Assembly: GCA_040905715.1 (NCBI GenBank)
Contig: JBBDRA010000003.1
Span: 199,075 to 263,074, forward strand
Length of the DNA: 64,000 nt
From: Minisyncoccota bacterium
GTDB lineage: Bacteria > Patescibacteriota > Minisyncoccia > Phycocordibacterales > CSBR16-193
Direction of reading: 5' to 3'
Part shown: positions 45,970 to 57,185 of the stretch, in pieces
Numbering within the stretch: position 1 is the first letter of the stretch
Layout of the letters: each line of letters begins with the position of its first letter
The notes under the pieces: model-generated
Databases searched by the model: none
What the model was told of the DNA's origin: nothing
Seen by the model: the letters and a program-made list of their open reading frames with translations, nothing else
Translations under genes and position numbers: made by a program

Positions 45970-46119
45970 TGTATTTATACTCTAGCATAGACAGTGGTTC
46001 GGTTGTGTGTGGATATACAAAAAGCCCTCGAAGTCTCATATGGTAGTCTCATGCGGTAGACAGGGTAGTTTTTATCAGATCAAAAGTATGCTAGGATATA
46101 ATTCAAATAAATATTATAT

Positions 46120-46869
46120 ATGAAAAATCGAACACGCATTATAGCAATTCTAGTACTTGTTTTCGCGGTTGGCCTTCTCGGATGGTTGTTTTTTGCCGGG
46201 GCAGGGTCTTCTGGGGGGAATCAAGTGGTTTCAGAAGAGATTCCGTCGGTTGTTGTTTTAGATTTTTATGATCCGTGGGTATCAGCATTAAAGGATCCTG
46301 ACACCGATCCATATCAGAAAGGGTTAGCAGAAGCCCCTATCCTTAGTGAAGAACTGCGAGCAAAACTTGCAGCCGCACAGGAGCGTCCGGAAGGCGAACC
46401 GGATCCGGTTCTGTGTCAGACTGGTGTACCCGGCGGTATTTCAGCCAGACCTATATTTGAAGACGATGAAAGTGCCCAGGTGCTGGTGATGGCGACGAGA
46501 CAAGAATTGCCCGGCCAGGCTGTGGTTACCCTCACGAAACTAAATAACGGATGGTATATTGATGACATTGAGTGTTCTTCAGGAGAAACTGCACCGGAGA
46601 GAGAGTTTAGTTTTGAGAGAGAGGGGTACTTGCTTAAGGATGTGCCGGCACCGCTCGATCCTCAGTATTGGCATATTGTTTTCGAACAAAACAATCAACA
46701 AGGTCACACAGCACCGCTTTTCTTCGGCGCAGAAAGCATGTGTGAAGATGAAAGCGGAGTAGAGTCGGTATGTAACCCTGATCAATTTACAGAAGCTTCA
46801 AAGGTGATGGTTAAGGGAGAAATGTCCGAGACAGGTGTTGAGGTTAAGCGCTTGGAGTTGATCGAGTAA
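46120..46869 (+). CDS. Membrane-anchored extracytoplasmic protein (DUF3828-like N domain)
   Basis: N-terminal TM; DFY...DPVLCQ...WYIDDIEC. Confidence 0.6.
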   Translation: MKNRTRIIAILVLVFAVGLLGWLFFAGAGSSGGNQVVSEEIPSVVVLDFYDPWVSALKDPDTDPYQKGLAEAPILSEELRAKLAAAQERPEGEPDPVLCQTGVPGGISARPIFEDDESAQVLVMATRQELPGQAVVTLTKLNNGWYIDDIECSSGETAPEREFSFEREGYLLKDVPAPLDPQYWHIVFEQNNQQGHTAPLFFGAESMCEDESGVESVCNPDQFTEASKVMVKGEMSETGVEVKRLELIE

Positions 46870-47075
46870 ACTTAGGAAAATAATTTTAAATAGCCCACGC
46901 GTAAGTGTGGGCTATTTATCTGTGTCACTATAGTAACTACATGAGGCGAGGGCTTTTGTGGTGTTACATTAATATAGTGAGATTGAGGGCTATACATAAA
47001 AATGATATAGTCAACATCAAAAGAGTACCTTCAGTCAGGTGAACTTTAGTCATTAGCATTTATTAATTGTAAATT

Positions 47076-50000
47076 ATGAGACAGCGTACATATAAAGTAT
47101 TACGAACCACATTTTCATTTATAACGATGCTTGCCATGGTGGCATCACTAACGGCGGGGTCATTTGTCCCGCAGGCGGTGCAGGCACAGGGGGAGGATGA
47201 AGGTGGAGAAAGTGGCTCGGTGACTGGAATCGAGATCACTGAAGGGGGTGATCAAGTGATCGGAGTTGATGAGGAGTCTGATGTTTTAGTTGTGACGTCT
47301 ATTGATAGCAATGGTGATCCGGTTGATGCGGATAAAAAGCTGGATCTAACTTTTGAGTCAAGTTCAGAGAATGGAGAGTTTTCTGGAGCAAATCAAACAA
47401 GTGATAACTGTTCGGGCAACTTCTCAACTGATTATACAAGTCATATATCTACAAACAGTTCTAATAAATCTTTTTGTTACAAAGACAGTACGCCTGGAAC
47501 ACACACAATAACGATAAGTGTAGACGGGGAAGACTGGGAGGCAGAGACAGAGATCACTGTTGAGGAGGCGGGAGACGGAGAAGTGGCTGGAGTTAACGAT
47601 ATTCCCGGTGATGGTGAATATGAATTTCCAAGTACAAACGAAGACAATAAAGAAAAGACTGTTCCCGGACGCGAAGGACAGGACGCTCCGTACGTTGAGT
47701 TGGTCGAGTCGCGTGTCGGTGAGGTTGAGCTCAAGTTCTTGAACAACACGAACTCACTAGCTGAGTTTGAGTATCGAATTGATGGTGAAGAAGTCTCCGG
47801 AGATGATCACCCGGTTGTTATCGGCGACGTTATCTACCCGACTGTTTCCGTTGACGGCCGAGATGAGGAAGACGAGGTGACCGAAACTGAAACGTTCGAA
47901 GCTGATGAGAAAGTGGAGGTCCGTCTAGCGCTCGGAGGTGAGCGGGACTGGGACTTTGATTGGGTGTCTTTTGAAGTTCAGAAAGACTCTGACAGCAACG
48001 AAGACGAGACACTCTCAGTGCCACAGTTGATACAGCCTGAAGACGGTTCGGTAATGCAAAATGTTGAATTTACACAAACTTGGAGTGAAGTAGATGATGC
48101 GGTTGAGTACGAATACCGAAGCTGTAATAACGATCCGGAAGAAGAATCGTGTGATCTAAAGTACGAAGACACCTATACTGATACTGAAAAAACCGTTGAC
48201 GCCGGACAACCGGACAGCGTCTTCTGGTGGCAGGTGCGCGCAGTTGATGATGAGGGAAATACGAGCGACTGGAGCGAGGCATGGAAGCTGGTTATTGAGA
48301 ATACTAATGGTGGTGGAGGATCCTCATCAGGAGATGAAGACACAGAAGACCCTGAGACAGAAGAACTTGCAGACGGCAAGCCGGGAGACAATAGTACATG
48401 GAACGGCCCTATTACCGTTGCCGGAACGTCGACTGATAACGAAGGTGTAAGCCACGTAAACATCTATATCAAAGAAGCTGGTGATGGTGATGTATATGGA
48501 GACGGCTATGGCGATCCGATCAAAACGATCTACAATGATGATAATGATAGCCCATTCGTCTGGGAGACTACTATTGAACCGGAAGAAGGCGGAACGTATG
48601 ACATAAAAGTTTCGGCAGTTGATACGTCCGGAAACGAAGAGAGTAGCGCGTACGCCTACAATGTTACGTATAACAGTGGAGATGAGACCGTGCCGGAGAT
48701 GTCTGACCTTACAATGTATGTTGAGCGGAACGGAAATTATGAAGAGTCGTCCGTTGTTAAGCCGGGCGATAACGTGCGAATTGAAGTAGACGCAACTGAC
48801 GACGGATCAGGAATTGAGGATGTAGAGTTCCGTGTTCAGTCTCAAGACAAGCAGTACGTTGCACTTACGTCTGTAGATAGCGCTGTTGAGGGTGATACGT
48901 ATCGTTTTGAGTACCAGGTGCCAACTGACGGTAAGTACATCAATACGCACAATCCGATGAACGAAGATGATGACGGTCACTTTTATTGGGTGCGGGCGAC
49001 AGATGAAGAAGGAAACTATCACCACGGTATAAGTGATGATTTCACGTTCGACAAGACTCATCCGGAGGTGTTAGTGGTCTCACCGGAAGTGGATGAGTAT
49101 GTAAGTGGAGATGTAGAATTTAAGGCTGAACTTACAGATAATTATAAACTTGCTGATTACCGCGTCATTGTTCACTACAAAGAAGGCGGGGTAAATGACA
49201 GAGTTTACTTTGGAGACTGGACACCGATCAATAATCCGGGAAGTGAGAACACAGTCACTCATAACTGGGACTCGACCGTGGAGGAGAACGGCGAATACCA
49301 CGTACGTATTTTTGCGCGAGATGAGGCGGGGAATACGGCAGAGCATCACGAAACTGAGGATCGGCACTTCCATGTGGATAATACTGACCCAGAAGGAGAG
49401 ATCGAGTATAACGGCGGGGATGTAATTGATAATGTGCGCTACTTGAAATCAATAGAGGACTTTTCATTTGAAGGAACCTTTAGTGACAACATGGAGCTTG
49501 ACCGAACCTCATACGTGGTTTGGGAGGTTGATGAGGAATTCAAAAACCGAAGCCTTTACTGTGGCAACTGGAATGAAAACGCTTCCACCAATGTTGCTCT
49601 TAGCGGTTCAAGCGACACTATTAATGAAGTTGTTAAAGATTGCGGTCCAGCGAAAGACTGGGGTAATGGAAATTACGAGATCGGACATCGTGTTCACGAC
49701 GAAGCAGGCAACTCTATCAGTCTAAACCAGCCGACAGAGAAGTTTGTAATTGACGGTAGTAAGCCGGTTGTTGAAGTTCTTGCTCCTGAAGATGGTCTCG
49801 TAACCAACTCTGATTTCGAGATCGAGATCAAGGGAAGTGATGAAGACTCAGGTCTAAAACAACTTGTTATTAATCTCACCAAGGATGGAAGCCACTACGC
49901 TTCGTGTTTGAACGAGGGCGTGGGCGGTGAGGAAGAGTACACAGCAAGCTGTGCTATAGACGTTGATGATCTTGGAAACGGATCATACGGCTTTAAAACA

Positions 50001-51347
50001 AACGTTCGTGATCGAGCTGATAACCTAAGTAATACGGAAATACAGAGTTTCGAAATTGATATTGATAAGCCAAAGGCGATTATCACCAGTCCAGAGAATG
50101 GATCGGTCATCCCGTCAGATATTGTGGTCGAAGGAGAGGCTAGTGACGATGAGACCGGAATTGATCACGTAAAGTATACAGTGACACAGATCGATGAGAT
50201 CGGAGGAAGCTATGCCGGATCGATCGAAAACGGAGTCGCCGTGTACGACAATTCAGAGAAAACCTTTGAGTTCCCGGTAGATGAACTTGAAACTGGTTTT
50301 TACAGGCTCAAGGTTCAGGCTTTTGACGAAGCAGGTAACTGGAAGTACCACTACGTTGACGTTGAGGTAGATAACACAGAAGATCCGACGACCACTATTG
50401 TAGCGCCGACCGGAATTGTGGGGGCTGTATTTACGGTAAGCGGAAAAGCAAATGCTGATTCAGACGTGGGACTTAATCGAGTATATGTGCAGCTTGTAAA
50501 TCGTCAGGACAATAATCGATATGGTGGTACTACTATTCATCTTATTGGTGAAGGAGAGAGCGCAGACTGGTCACGAGAATATAATGCAAATGAACTTGGC
50601 CTTCCAGACGGTGACTATGCAGCACACGTATCTGTAGTTGATAGAGATGGAAATACCGGTTCAGCTGGCTGGACAGAAAACTTCACAGTAGACAGTACCG
50701 CACCGTCCGGATCGTTTATTCACGAAAATCCTCAAAGCGGGATAGATACAATAGAAGTTGTGATCGAAGAGAACGGTTCGGCCGGACTTGGCCAGCAGCA
50801 GGTGGTAATGCGAAATTCTGAAGGTGTTGTTGTCGGGAACTTCTTCTACAATGTCGAGACCGAAGCTGTTCGGGTTGATGAGATGGACGACGAAGATGTA
50901 AACATTACTTACAGTGGAGATGAGGTTGCAGGCATTATCCAGATCGAATTCGATACAAATGAACTCGAGAACGGCGAGTACAATCTACGCCTTTTCACAA
51001 AGGATCAGGTTGGAAACGGTCAGTCAGCGATCTACGGAACAAGCGTGATCGATAATGGCGAGCCGGAAGCCTTGTTGCAAACCGATAATTCATTTCAAAT
51101 AACCGGTGGGTATAATCCACAGTCTGTGGGTGGTCAGAACAATGGCGAAGGACAAGTGCTTGGTATCCAAACCACCGGCGACCAGGGTCTCTCTGTTGAG
51201 GATATTCAGAAACTCAATGCGATCATTGAATCACTCTATGTTCTGCTTGGTTCACTTGACCAAATGTCAGAGGAAGACCGAGAGGAAACAAGCAAGAAGA
51301 TCAGTGATATCGTGTCTGCTCTAACTGCTATAATAGTTAACAACTAA
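47076..51347 (+). CDS. Large acidic secreted/surface protein with tandem Ig-like domains
   Basis: Signal peptide (VQA); repeated G.Y.....A.D.AGN and D.T.P linkers; C-terminal GQVLG motif and helical tail. Confidence 0.8.
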   Translation: MRQRTYKVLRTTFSFITMLAMVASLTAGSFVPQAVQAQGEDEGGESGSVTGIEITEGGDQVIGVDEESDVLVVTSIDSNGDPVDADKKLDLTFESSSENGEFSGANQTSDNCSGNFSTDYTSHISTNSSNKSFCYKDSTPGTHTITISVDGEDWEAETEITVEEAGDGEVAGVNDIPGDGEYEFPSTNEDNKEKTVPGREGQDAPYVELVESRVGEVELKFLNNTNSLAEFEYRIDGEEVSGDDHPVVIGDVIYPTVSVDGRDEEDEVTETETFEADEKVEVRLALGGERDWDFDWVSFEVQKDSDSNEDETLSVPQLIQPEDGSVMQNVEFTQTWSEVDDAVEYEYRSCNNDPEEESCDLKYEDTYTDTEKTVDAGQPDSVFWWQVRAVDDEGNTSDWSEAWKLVIENTNGGGGSSSGDEDTEDPETEELADGKPGDNSTWNGPITVAGTSTDNEGVSHVNIYIKEAGDGDVYGDGYGDPIKTIYNDDNDSPFVWETTIEPEEGGTYDIKVSAVDTSGNEESSAYAYNVTYNSGDETVPEMSDLTMYVERNGNYEESSVVKPGDNVRIEVDATDDGSGIEDVEFRVQSQDKQYVALTSVDSAVEGDTYRFEYQVPTDGKYINTHNPMNEDDDGHFYWVRATDEEGNYHHGISDDFTFDKTHPEVLVVSPEVDEYVSGDVEFKAELTDNYKLADYRVIVHYKEGGVNDRVYFGDWTPINNPGSENTVTHNWDSTVEENGEYHVRIFARDEAGNTAEHHETEDRHFHVDNTDPEGEIEYNGGDVIDNVRYLKSIEDFSFEGTFSDNMELDRTSYVVWEVDEEFKNRSLYCGNWNENASTNVALSGSSDTINEVVKDCGPAKDWGNGNYEIGHRVHDEAGNSISLNQPTEKFVIDGSKPVVEVLAPEDGLVTNSDFEIEIKGSDEDSGLKQLVINLTKDGSHYASCLNEGVGGEEEYTASCAIDVDDLGNGSYGFKTNVRDRADNLSNTEIQSFEIDIDKPKAIITSPENGSVIPSDIVVEGEASDDETGIDHVKYTVTQIDEIGGSYAGSIENGVAVYDNSEKTFEFPVDELETGFYRLKVQAFDEAGNWKYHYVDVEVDNTEDPTTTIVAPTGIVGAVFTVSGKANADSDVGLNRVYVQLVNRQDNNRYGGTTIHLIGEGESADWSREYNANELGLPDGDYAAHVSVVDRDGNTGSAGWTENFTVDSTAPSGSFIHENPQSGIDTIEVVIEENGSAGLGQQQVVMRNSEGVVVGNFFYNVETEAVRVDEMDDEDVNITYSGDEVAGIIQIEFDTNELENGEYNLRLFTKDQVGNGQSAIYGTSVIDNGEPEALLQTDNSFQITGGYNPQSVGGQNNGEGQVLGIQTTGDQGLSVEDIQKLNAIIESLYVLLGSLDQMSEEDREETSKKISDIVSALTAIIVNN

Positions 51348-51526
51348 CCGTTGCTAGAAAGAAATCCGGTAGTAAGAATAAAGGCAGTAAATGTAGAAAA
51401 ACAAAACCACTTACGTTGTAGGTGGTTTTGTTTTTGAAGGTACCTTCTTGGCGATAGTATTGATTGACAATCAGTGTAAGTGGTTGTAATTTGAACGTAG
51501 TACTTATACGTATAAAATGTATATCT

Positions 51527-51760
51527 ATGAAAAATATACTTGTATCCGGTTTTTTGGCAGTGTTCGTGTTCTCCGTCTTTGCAGTGCCGGCGCAGGCGCT
51601 CGAGAAGGACTTCGACACTATCGATAACGCACCTGAGGAAAAAGAGCGAGGCATGTCAGCCAAGCAATGGGAAAAACTAGAAAAAGTACTTCGAGATACT
51701 CCCAACGGCGACAAAGTAGTGCGTATTCTCAAGAAAAGGTTGCCGGGAATCATTAATTAA
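51527..51760 (+). CDS. Small secreted protein
   Basis: Signal peptide ending PAQA. Confidence 0.55.
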   Translation: MKNILVSGFLAVFVFSVFAVPAQALEKDFDTIDNAPEEKERGMSAKQWEKLEKVLRDTPNGDKVVRILKKRLPGIIN

Positions 51761-51848
51761 CAAGTACAGACAATTAATTTCCTTACAAAACTCCACGTAT
51801 ATGTGGTGTTTTGTTTTACATATTTTAAATTTCCTGTACCGTGTGGTG

Positions 51849-53339
51849 ATGTCTCGTAATGACGGAATACTCAGTTTTAAGGAAGTTTCTTTTGAACACG
51901 GACCGAACAATCCGATCCTCGATGAGGTGAATTTTGTAGTACGCCGCGGTTCCAAGCTGACATTGATGGGTCAGAACGGCGCAGGCAAGAGCACTATCTT
52001 TGGCTTGATCACTCAAAAATACGAGCCGGAGGAGGGGTCTATTAATTTTCACGGTAAACCCTCAATTGCCACGGCTCGCCAGGTTATTCCACGTGAGGAA
52101 CTCGACCTAACGGTTCGTGATTTCTTTCAGAACTGCTTCTCAGAAAAAATATACGCCATTGATCCGAAGATCGACGAGGTTCTTGAGGTGGTTAACCTCA
52201 AGGCACCGTACGATCGAACCATTCGCTCTTTCTCCGGCGGACAGCAGGCACGTCTCCTTCTTGCTTCTGCTTTGATCCAGGATCCGGACATTCTTCTTCT
52301 CGACGAGCCGACCAACAACCTCGATAAAGAAGGCATTGCGCACCTGACTGACTTTCTGGTCGGCTACCAGAAGACCTGCTTGGTTATCTCGCATGACGCA
52401 GACTTTCTTAACGCCTTTACTCACGGCGTGCTCTATCTTGATGTTCACACACATAACGTTGAGCAGTATGTCGGCGACTACTTCGATGTGGTTGAGGAAA
52501 TATCTGTTCGTATAGAGAAAGAAAACAGAAAGAACGCTCAGCTTGCCAAGAAAGCTCAGGAGAAGAAAGACCAGGCAAATGTTTTTGCTAATAAAGGTGG
52601 GGGCATGAGACTCGTTGCCAAGCGAATGCGTGCCGTGGCCGAGGAAATGGAGGAAGACGCTGTCGACGTACGACGAGAAGACAAAGTTATTCGGTCGTTT
52701 ACGATCCCCGCTCAGGAGGATACACCTCCGGAGATCCTCAAAATATCGTCGGTCAAAGTTATAAAAGACCACGTATCCAAAGATAAAAAAGTGGACTTGC
52801 TGGTGCGGCGGCGTGACCATGTGCAGCTGATCGGACCCAACGGTATTGGCAAGACAACACTGCTTGAGTCGCTCACTCATTCACCGCTAAAGAGTGAAGA
52901 GCAAAAAGAACCCTCACACGTTCTTTCTTCGGGTGTGAAGGTCGGGTACTATTGCCAGGATTTCTCAACGCTTGATTTTGAAAAGACACCGTATGAGACA
53001 CTTTTGGAAGTGATGGATCGCAAACACGAAGAAGAGATGCGTTCAGTTGCGGCCGGTTTTTTGATAACGCGTGATCTTATTAATACAAAAATAGGACACC
53101 TCTCGGAGGGGCAGAAAGGCCTGGTTGCGTTCGCTCGACTTGTGCTTCTTCGGCCGGGATTGCTTATTCTCGATGAGCCGACCAACCACATTAACTTCCG
53201 TCATGTGCCGGTAATCGCGAAAGCACTCGATGAGTATAACGGCGCAATGATCATTGTGAGCCACGTTCCGGAATTTATGGAGCAGATCCGTATCGACCAG
53301 GTTGTCGATCTGGAGAAACTACGCAGAAAAAACAGATAG
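51849..53339 (+). CDS. ABC-F family ATPase
   Basis: Two NBDs (GQNGAGKS/FSGGQ/LLDEPTN; GPNGIGKT/LSEGQ/ILDEPTN), no TM. Confidence 0.9.
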   Translation: MSRNDGILSFKEVSFEHGPNNPILDEVNFVVRRGSKLTLMGQNGAGKSTIFGLITQKYEPEEGSINFHGKPSIATARQVIPREELDLTVRDFFQNCFSEKIYAIDPKIDEVLEVVNLKAPYDRTIRSFSGGQQARLLLASALIQDPDILLLDEPTNNLDKEGIAHLTDFLVGYQKTCLVISHDADFLNAFTHGVLYLDVHTHNVEQYVGDYFDVVEEISVRIEKENRKNAQLAKKAQEKKDQANVFANKGGGMRLVAKRMRAVAEEMEEDAVDVRREDKVIRSFTIPAQEDTPPEILKISSVKVIKDHVSKDKKVDLLVRRRDHVQLIGPNGIGKTTLLESLTHSPLKSEEQKEPSHVLSSGVKVGYYCQDFSTLDFEKTPYETLLEVMDRKHEEEMRSVAAGFLITRDLINTKIGHLSEGQKGLVAFARLVLLRPGLLILDEPTNHINFRHVPVIAKALDEYNGAMIIVSHVPEFMEQIRIDQVVDLEKLRRKNR

Positions 53340-53376
53340 AGAAATAAATAAAAGGCTGCGTGATATACTTATTATA

Positions 53377-54513
53377 ATGCACCGCTTTATGAACTTTCAG
53401 CAGATACGTTTCGTTTTTGTCGGTTGTCTGTTAGCCGGGGTGATCTCGCTGTCTTTTGCCGGTGTTGTTCAGGCTCAGTCGGAGCAAGAAGAGGATCTTG
53501 AGATCGTATCGGCAACAGTGACGCGTATTTTTGAAACCCGGGAGCAGGAGCTACCGGGCCTCGATCGGACGGTGACTCTTCAGACGGTCGAATTTCGAGT
53601 TACCGAGGGAGAGGCTGAAGGGAGACTCGTTGAGCTCGAACAAGATCTTGCTGTGCTGGAGCCGGGGCAGAAGGTTTTTCTTTCAGTGCTCGAGACGGAT
53701 GAAGGAGTACAGTATTCGCTCTATGAACTTGATCGTCGCACGCCGTTGCTTATCCTCGGCCTTGTTTTTGCGGCTACTGTTGTGGCGATCGGTGGATGGC
53801 AGGGAATGCGGTCGCTGGTGAGTCTGGCAATAAGTTTTTTCGCAATACTATACGTTTTGCTACCACTGCTGACACATGGATACTCTCCGGTTCTGGTCAG
53901 TATTGCAATTGGAGTAGCGATCTTGACGTTGGCCATATATATAACTCACGGTGTAAGCCGGCAGTCATCGGTCGCGTTATTCGGCACGCTTATTGCCATT
54001 ACCTTCAGTGGATTACTCGCGCACGGTGCGGTTGAATGGATCACGTTGACCGGCTTTGCCAGTGAGGCTTCGTCGTATCTTAGCGTGACAAGTGATTCGA
54101 TCACGAACTTTCGTGGATTGCTTTTAGGAGGGATAATTATCGGTATGCTGGGTGCGCTTGATGATATTGCCATTATTCAAGTTTCAATGGTCAACGAATT
54201 CAAACGGGCAAAGACGGATCTTTCGTCGTTTGAAATATTTATGCGAGCAATGCGTGTTGGGCGCGAGCACGCCGCTTCGCTCGTGAACACGCTGGTGCTG
54301 GCGTATGTGGGTGTAGCGCTTCCGCTTCTTTTATTGATCGTTGGCGCAAACGTATCGTTCGGCGTTCTTGTCAGCAGTGAGCTGTTTGCTACAGAGATCG
54401 TCCGTACCCTGGTGGGCAGTATCGGGTTAATACTCACCGTACCGATAACAACTCTTTTCGCTACTATCTGGTTAACGGGTGATGAAGAAACTGCTCACGA
54501 TCACCATCACTAG
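53377..54513 (+). CDS. YibE/F family membrane protein
   Basis: GLLLGGIIIGMLGALDD, GREHAASLVNTLVLAY, EIVRTLVGSIGLI. Confidence 0.88.
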   Translation: MHRFMNFQQIRFVFVGCLLAGVISLSFAGVVQAQSEQEEDLEIVSATVTRIFETREQELPGLDRTVTLQTVEFRVTEGEAEGRLVELEQDLAVLEPGQKVFLSVLETDEGVQYSLYELDRRTPLLILGLVFAATVVAIGGWQGMRSLVSLAISFFAILYVLLPLLTHGYSPVLVSIAIGVAILTLAIYITHGVSRQSSVALFGTLIAITFSGLLAHGAVEWITLTGFASEASSYLSVTSDSITNFRGLLLGGIIIGMLGALDDIAIIQVSMVNEFKRAKTDLSSFEIFMRAMRVGREHAASLVNTLVLAYVGVALPLLLLIVGANVSFGVLVSSELFATEIVRTLVGSIGLILTVPITTLFATIWLTGDEETAHDHHH

Positions 54514-54589
54514 AGTAGATATCTGTATGTGAATAGCAGTACACATGTGTAGTGCGGTTGTGCTGCTTAATTAGTGGTACTATTTATTA

Positions 54590-55591
54590 ATGACTCAGCA
54601 CTATTCTAAAAAACACTATCCTAAAAAATCTGCGGGCAGGAAGGCAACGCGGTCTGTTATAACTGCGCGAGGCGATGAAACGCTCGGCCAGGTCGAAAAA
54701 CGACTTCATAGTGAGGTAGATTCGCTTAAGATGCTCCAGTATGTCTATGTTCTCGATGAGGAGGACAAACTTCTCGGTGTTTTCTCTATGAGAGATCTCT
54801 TTACCCGGCCGGCAAATGTACAAGCGCATGAGGTTATGTCAGATTCGCTTCTTTGGGTTCATCCGCATACAGACCAAGAAGTCGTCGCCACGAAAGCACT
54901 TAAGAACGGCATCCGAGCCATGCCTGTTATAGATAAAGACGGGGTCTTTCTCGGTGTCGTAACAGCTGACGCTATTTTTGGGATCCTATCGGAAGAGCAC
55001 AGCGAGGACTTGCTCTATATGGGAGGAGTTGAACAAGGCTACTCGGCAAGCGCGATCATAAGTGAGCGTCTCTTGGTGTTGCTGAGGGCGCGGCTGCCGT
55101 GGCTTTTGATCGGGTTGGCCGGAGGCTTGGTGGCAGCGCTGCTCGTTGAACGGTTTGAAGCGGTTCTGGAGAATTATATCGTCTTAGCATTTTTCCTGCC
55201 GCTTGTTGTGTACATGAGCGACGCGGTCGCCAATCAAACGCTTACCATACTCATTAGAGCGATGGCTTTGGACGATGCGTTTTCCCGGAGGCGGTACATT
55301 GTACGTGAGCTCGGTCTGGGTACCTCGCTCGCTTTTATTATGGGCGTGCTACTCTTCCTGGTCACTCTGGGATGGTTCGGTGATCCGATGCTTGGCCTGG
55401 TGCTCGGCGTCGCCTTGTTCCTCGCGGTCATTGTGGCTGTTTTGGTTGCGCTCGGCATGACCTTTCTTTTGGTTTCATTGAAAAAAGATCCTGCTGTTGG
55501 GAGCGGTCCGTTCGCCACGATCATCATCGACCTTGTTACTATACTGATCTATTTTACGATCGCGGCTTTGTTTCTTCCGGTTCTCGGGTGA
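54590..55591 (+). CDS. mgtE: Magnesium transporter MgtE (CBS pair + TM domain)
   Basis: YVYVLD, MPVID, RLPWLL, DPAVGSGPFAT...D. Confidence 0.88.
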   Translation: MTQHYSKKHYPKKSAGRKATRSVITARGDETLGQVEKRLHSEVDSLKMLQYVYVLDEEDKLLGVFSMRDLFTRPANVQAHEVMSDSLLWVHPHTDQEVVATKALKNGIRAMPVIDKDGVFLGVVTADAIFGILSEEHSEDLLYMGGVEQGYSASAIISERLLVLLRARLPWLLIGLAGGLVAALLVERFEAVLENYIVLAFFLPLVVYMSDAVANQTLTILIRAMALDDAFSRRRYIVRELGLGTSLAFIMGVLLFLVTLGWFGDPMLGLVLGVALFLAVIVAVLVALGMTFLLVSLKKDPAVGSGPFATIIIDLVTILIYFTIAALFLPVLG

Positions 55592-55893
55592 GGGCATAGG
55601 ATCGTTCCTTGTGTGGGGTGATAATGGTGTAGGGTAATGGTGTTTTAGTGTGGTATTCTGGATCTAGTCGCTTTTCTTCCTTTTAGGACCACTATTTCCG
55701 ATTGAGCGGTTCCGCATACTTCTCGCCGTTTATGAGCGCGCTGGTTCTCGTGGGCGCGATCGTTGTGACGTTGTCGGTGGGGGCATATCAGTTCTCGAGA
55801 ATTGAGGTATAGGAATTCTATGCACCGGTGTGCTGTAATGAGTTTAGCGGATCAAGACTCTATATAACATAGTGTCTCGTAAACAAAGTGCGT

Positions 55894-56823
55894 ATGGAAC
55901 AACAGCCTCTGTCAGAACATAAAGAAAAGAATCACTACACACCCGGGTCAGTAGGCGAGCGCGTGCGCTTGTTTTTTATCGGTTTTGCTATGGGCGTCGC
56001 GGATCTAATACCGGGTATTTCCGGCGGCACGATCGCGCTTATCGCTAATGTGTATGATGAGCTTGTTGCGTCTATCAAGGTCACTACAAACACAGCGGTG
56101 AGTCTCTTTTTAAAAGGTAAATCGAGAGAGGCGGTCCGGGTGATCCCGTTCGGTTTCTTAGTGCCGCTTCTCGCAGGGCTTTTATTTGCTGTATTTTCTA
56201 TGGCAAATATCTTGTCTCGGCTTTTTGATTCGTATGCTGAATTTGTCTGGTCTTTTTTCTTCGGTCTGATCGCTGCCTCGGTCTTTGTTGTTTTCCGGCG
56301 TGTTCAGATCCGTTCAACGGGCGTGCTTATAAGCGCACTAATCGGCGCGGTTGCGTCGTATATGATCACCGGCCTTATCCCGGTGGAGACACCTGCTACA
56401 GCATTGTTGTTGTTTTTGAGCGGAGCGATCGCTATTACCGCAATGATCCTGCCCGGTATTTCCGGTTCATTTATTTTAATAATACTTGGAAAATATCAGC
56501 AGATACTTGCTGCGGTCGTCGAACGTGATGTTATGACGCTGGGTATTTTCCTCTTGGGAATACTTACGGGACTAGCCCTTTTTTCGCGCGTGATCAGCTA
56601 CTTTTTGCGGACGCATCACGATATAACTATTGCTTTGCTGACCGGATTTATTATCGGTTCGATTCGCACGGTCTGGCCATGGAAGGAGACGACGCCGATC
56701 GGTGTCGAGGTGAATGTTCTGCCGGAAGTATTTGATCTGAGTGTTGGTATTTCTATCGCGCTCGCACTTATCGGTGCAACTATTATTTTGGTGGTTGATA
56801 GGCTAGAAGTGGGGAAGAAGTAA
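55894..56823 (+). CDS. DUF368 membrane protein (undecaprenyl-phosphate translocase family)
   Basis: Duplicated PGISG motifs (GFAMGVADLIPGISGGTIA; AMILPGISGS), WPW. Confidence 0.88.
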   Translation: MEQQPLSEHKEKNHYTPGSVGERVRLFFIGFAMGVADLIPGISGGTIALIANVYDELVASIKVTTNTAVSLFLKGKSREAVRVIPFGFLVPLLAGLLFAVFSMANILSRLFDSYAEFVWSFFFGLIAASVFVVFRRVQIRSTGVLISALIGAVASYMITGLIPVETPATALLLFLSGAIAITAMILPGISGSFILIILGKYQQILAAVVERDVMTLGIFLLGILTGLALFSRVISYFLRTHHDITIALLTGFIIGSIRTVWPWKETTPIGVEVNVLPEVFDLSVGISIALALIGATIILVVDRLEVGKK

Positions 56824-56846
56824 GAGGTTTTGATATACTGATATAT

Positions 56847-57185
56847 ATGCAAACACAACAACACAGCGATATTATAATTACTTCTACCGAGTCCCTTCCC
56901 GGCAAAGAGATCTCGGAAATTTTGGGATTGGTTCGAGGGAACACAATTCGAGCACGACATCTTGGTAGTGATATCGGTGCCTCACTTAAAAGTCTGGTCG
57001 GCGGTGAGATCAAAGGGTACGTTAAGGTTATGACCGATTCTCGAGAGAAGGCTGTTGAGCGGATGCTCGATGAGGCAAGAGTACTCGGTGCAGACGCGAT
57101 AGTAGCGACCCGCTTTACAACATCACAGGTCATGGACGGCGCGGCGGAAATAATGGTATACGGAACCGCTGTCACATTAAAGTAG
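56847..57185 (+). CDS. YbjQ/UPF0145 family protein
   Basis: LGLVRGNTIRARHLGSD..ASLKSLVGGEIKGY...YGTAV. Confidence 0.9.
   Translation: MQTQQHSDIIITSTESLPGKEISEILGLVRGNTIRARHLGSDIGASLKSLVGGEIKGYVKVMTDSREKAVERMLDEARVLGADAIVATRFTTSQVMDGAAEIMVYGTAVTLK

Noticed and set aside
55700-55812. Possible remnant of an ABC-2 permease C-terminus (..LSVGAYQFSRIEV*); similar membrane-gene stub near 44930-44980
   Set aside because: Too short and degraded to support without a search.
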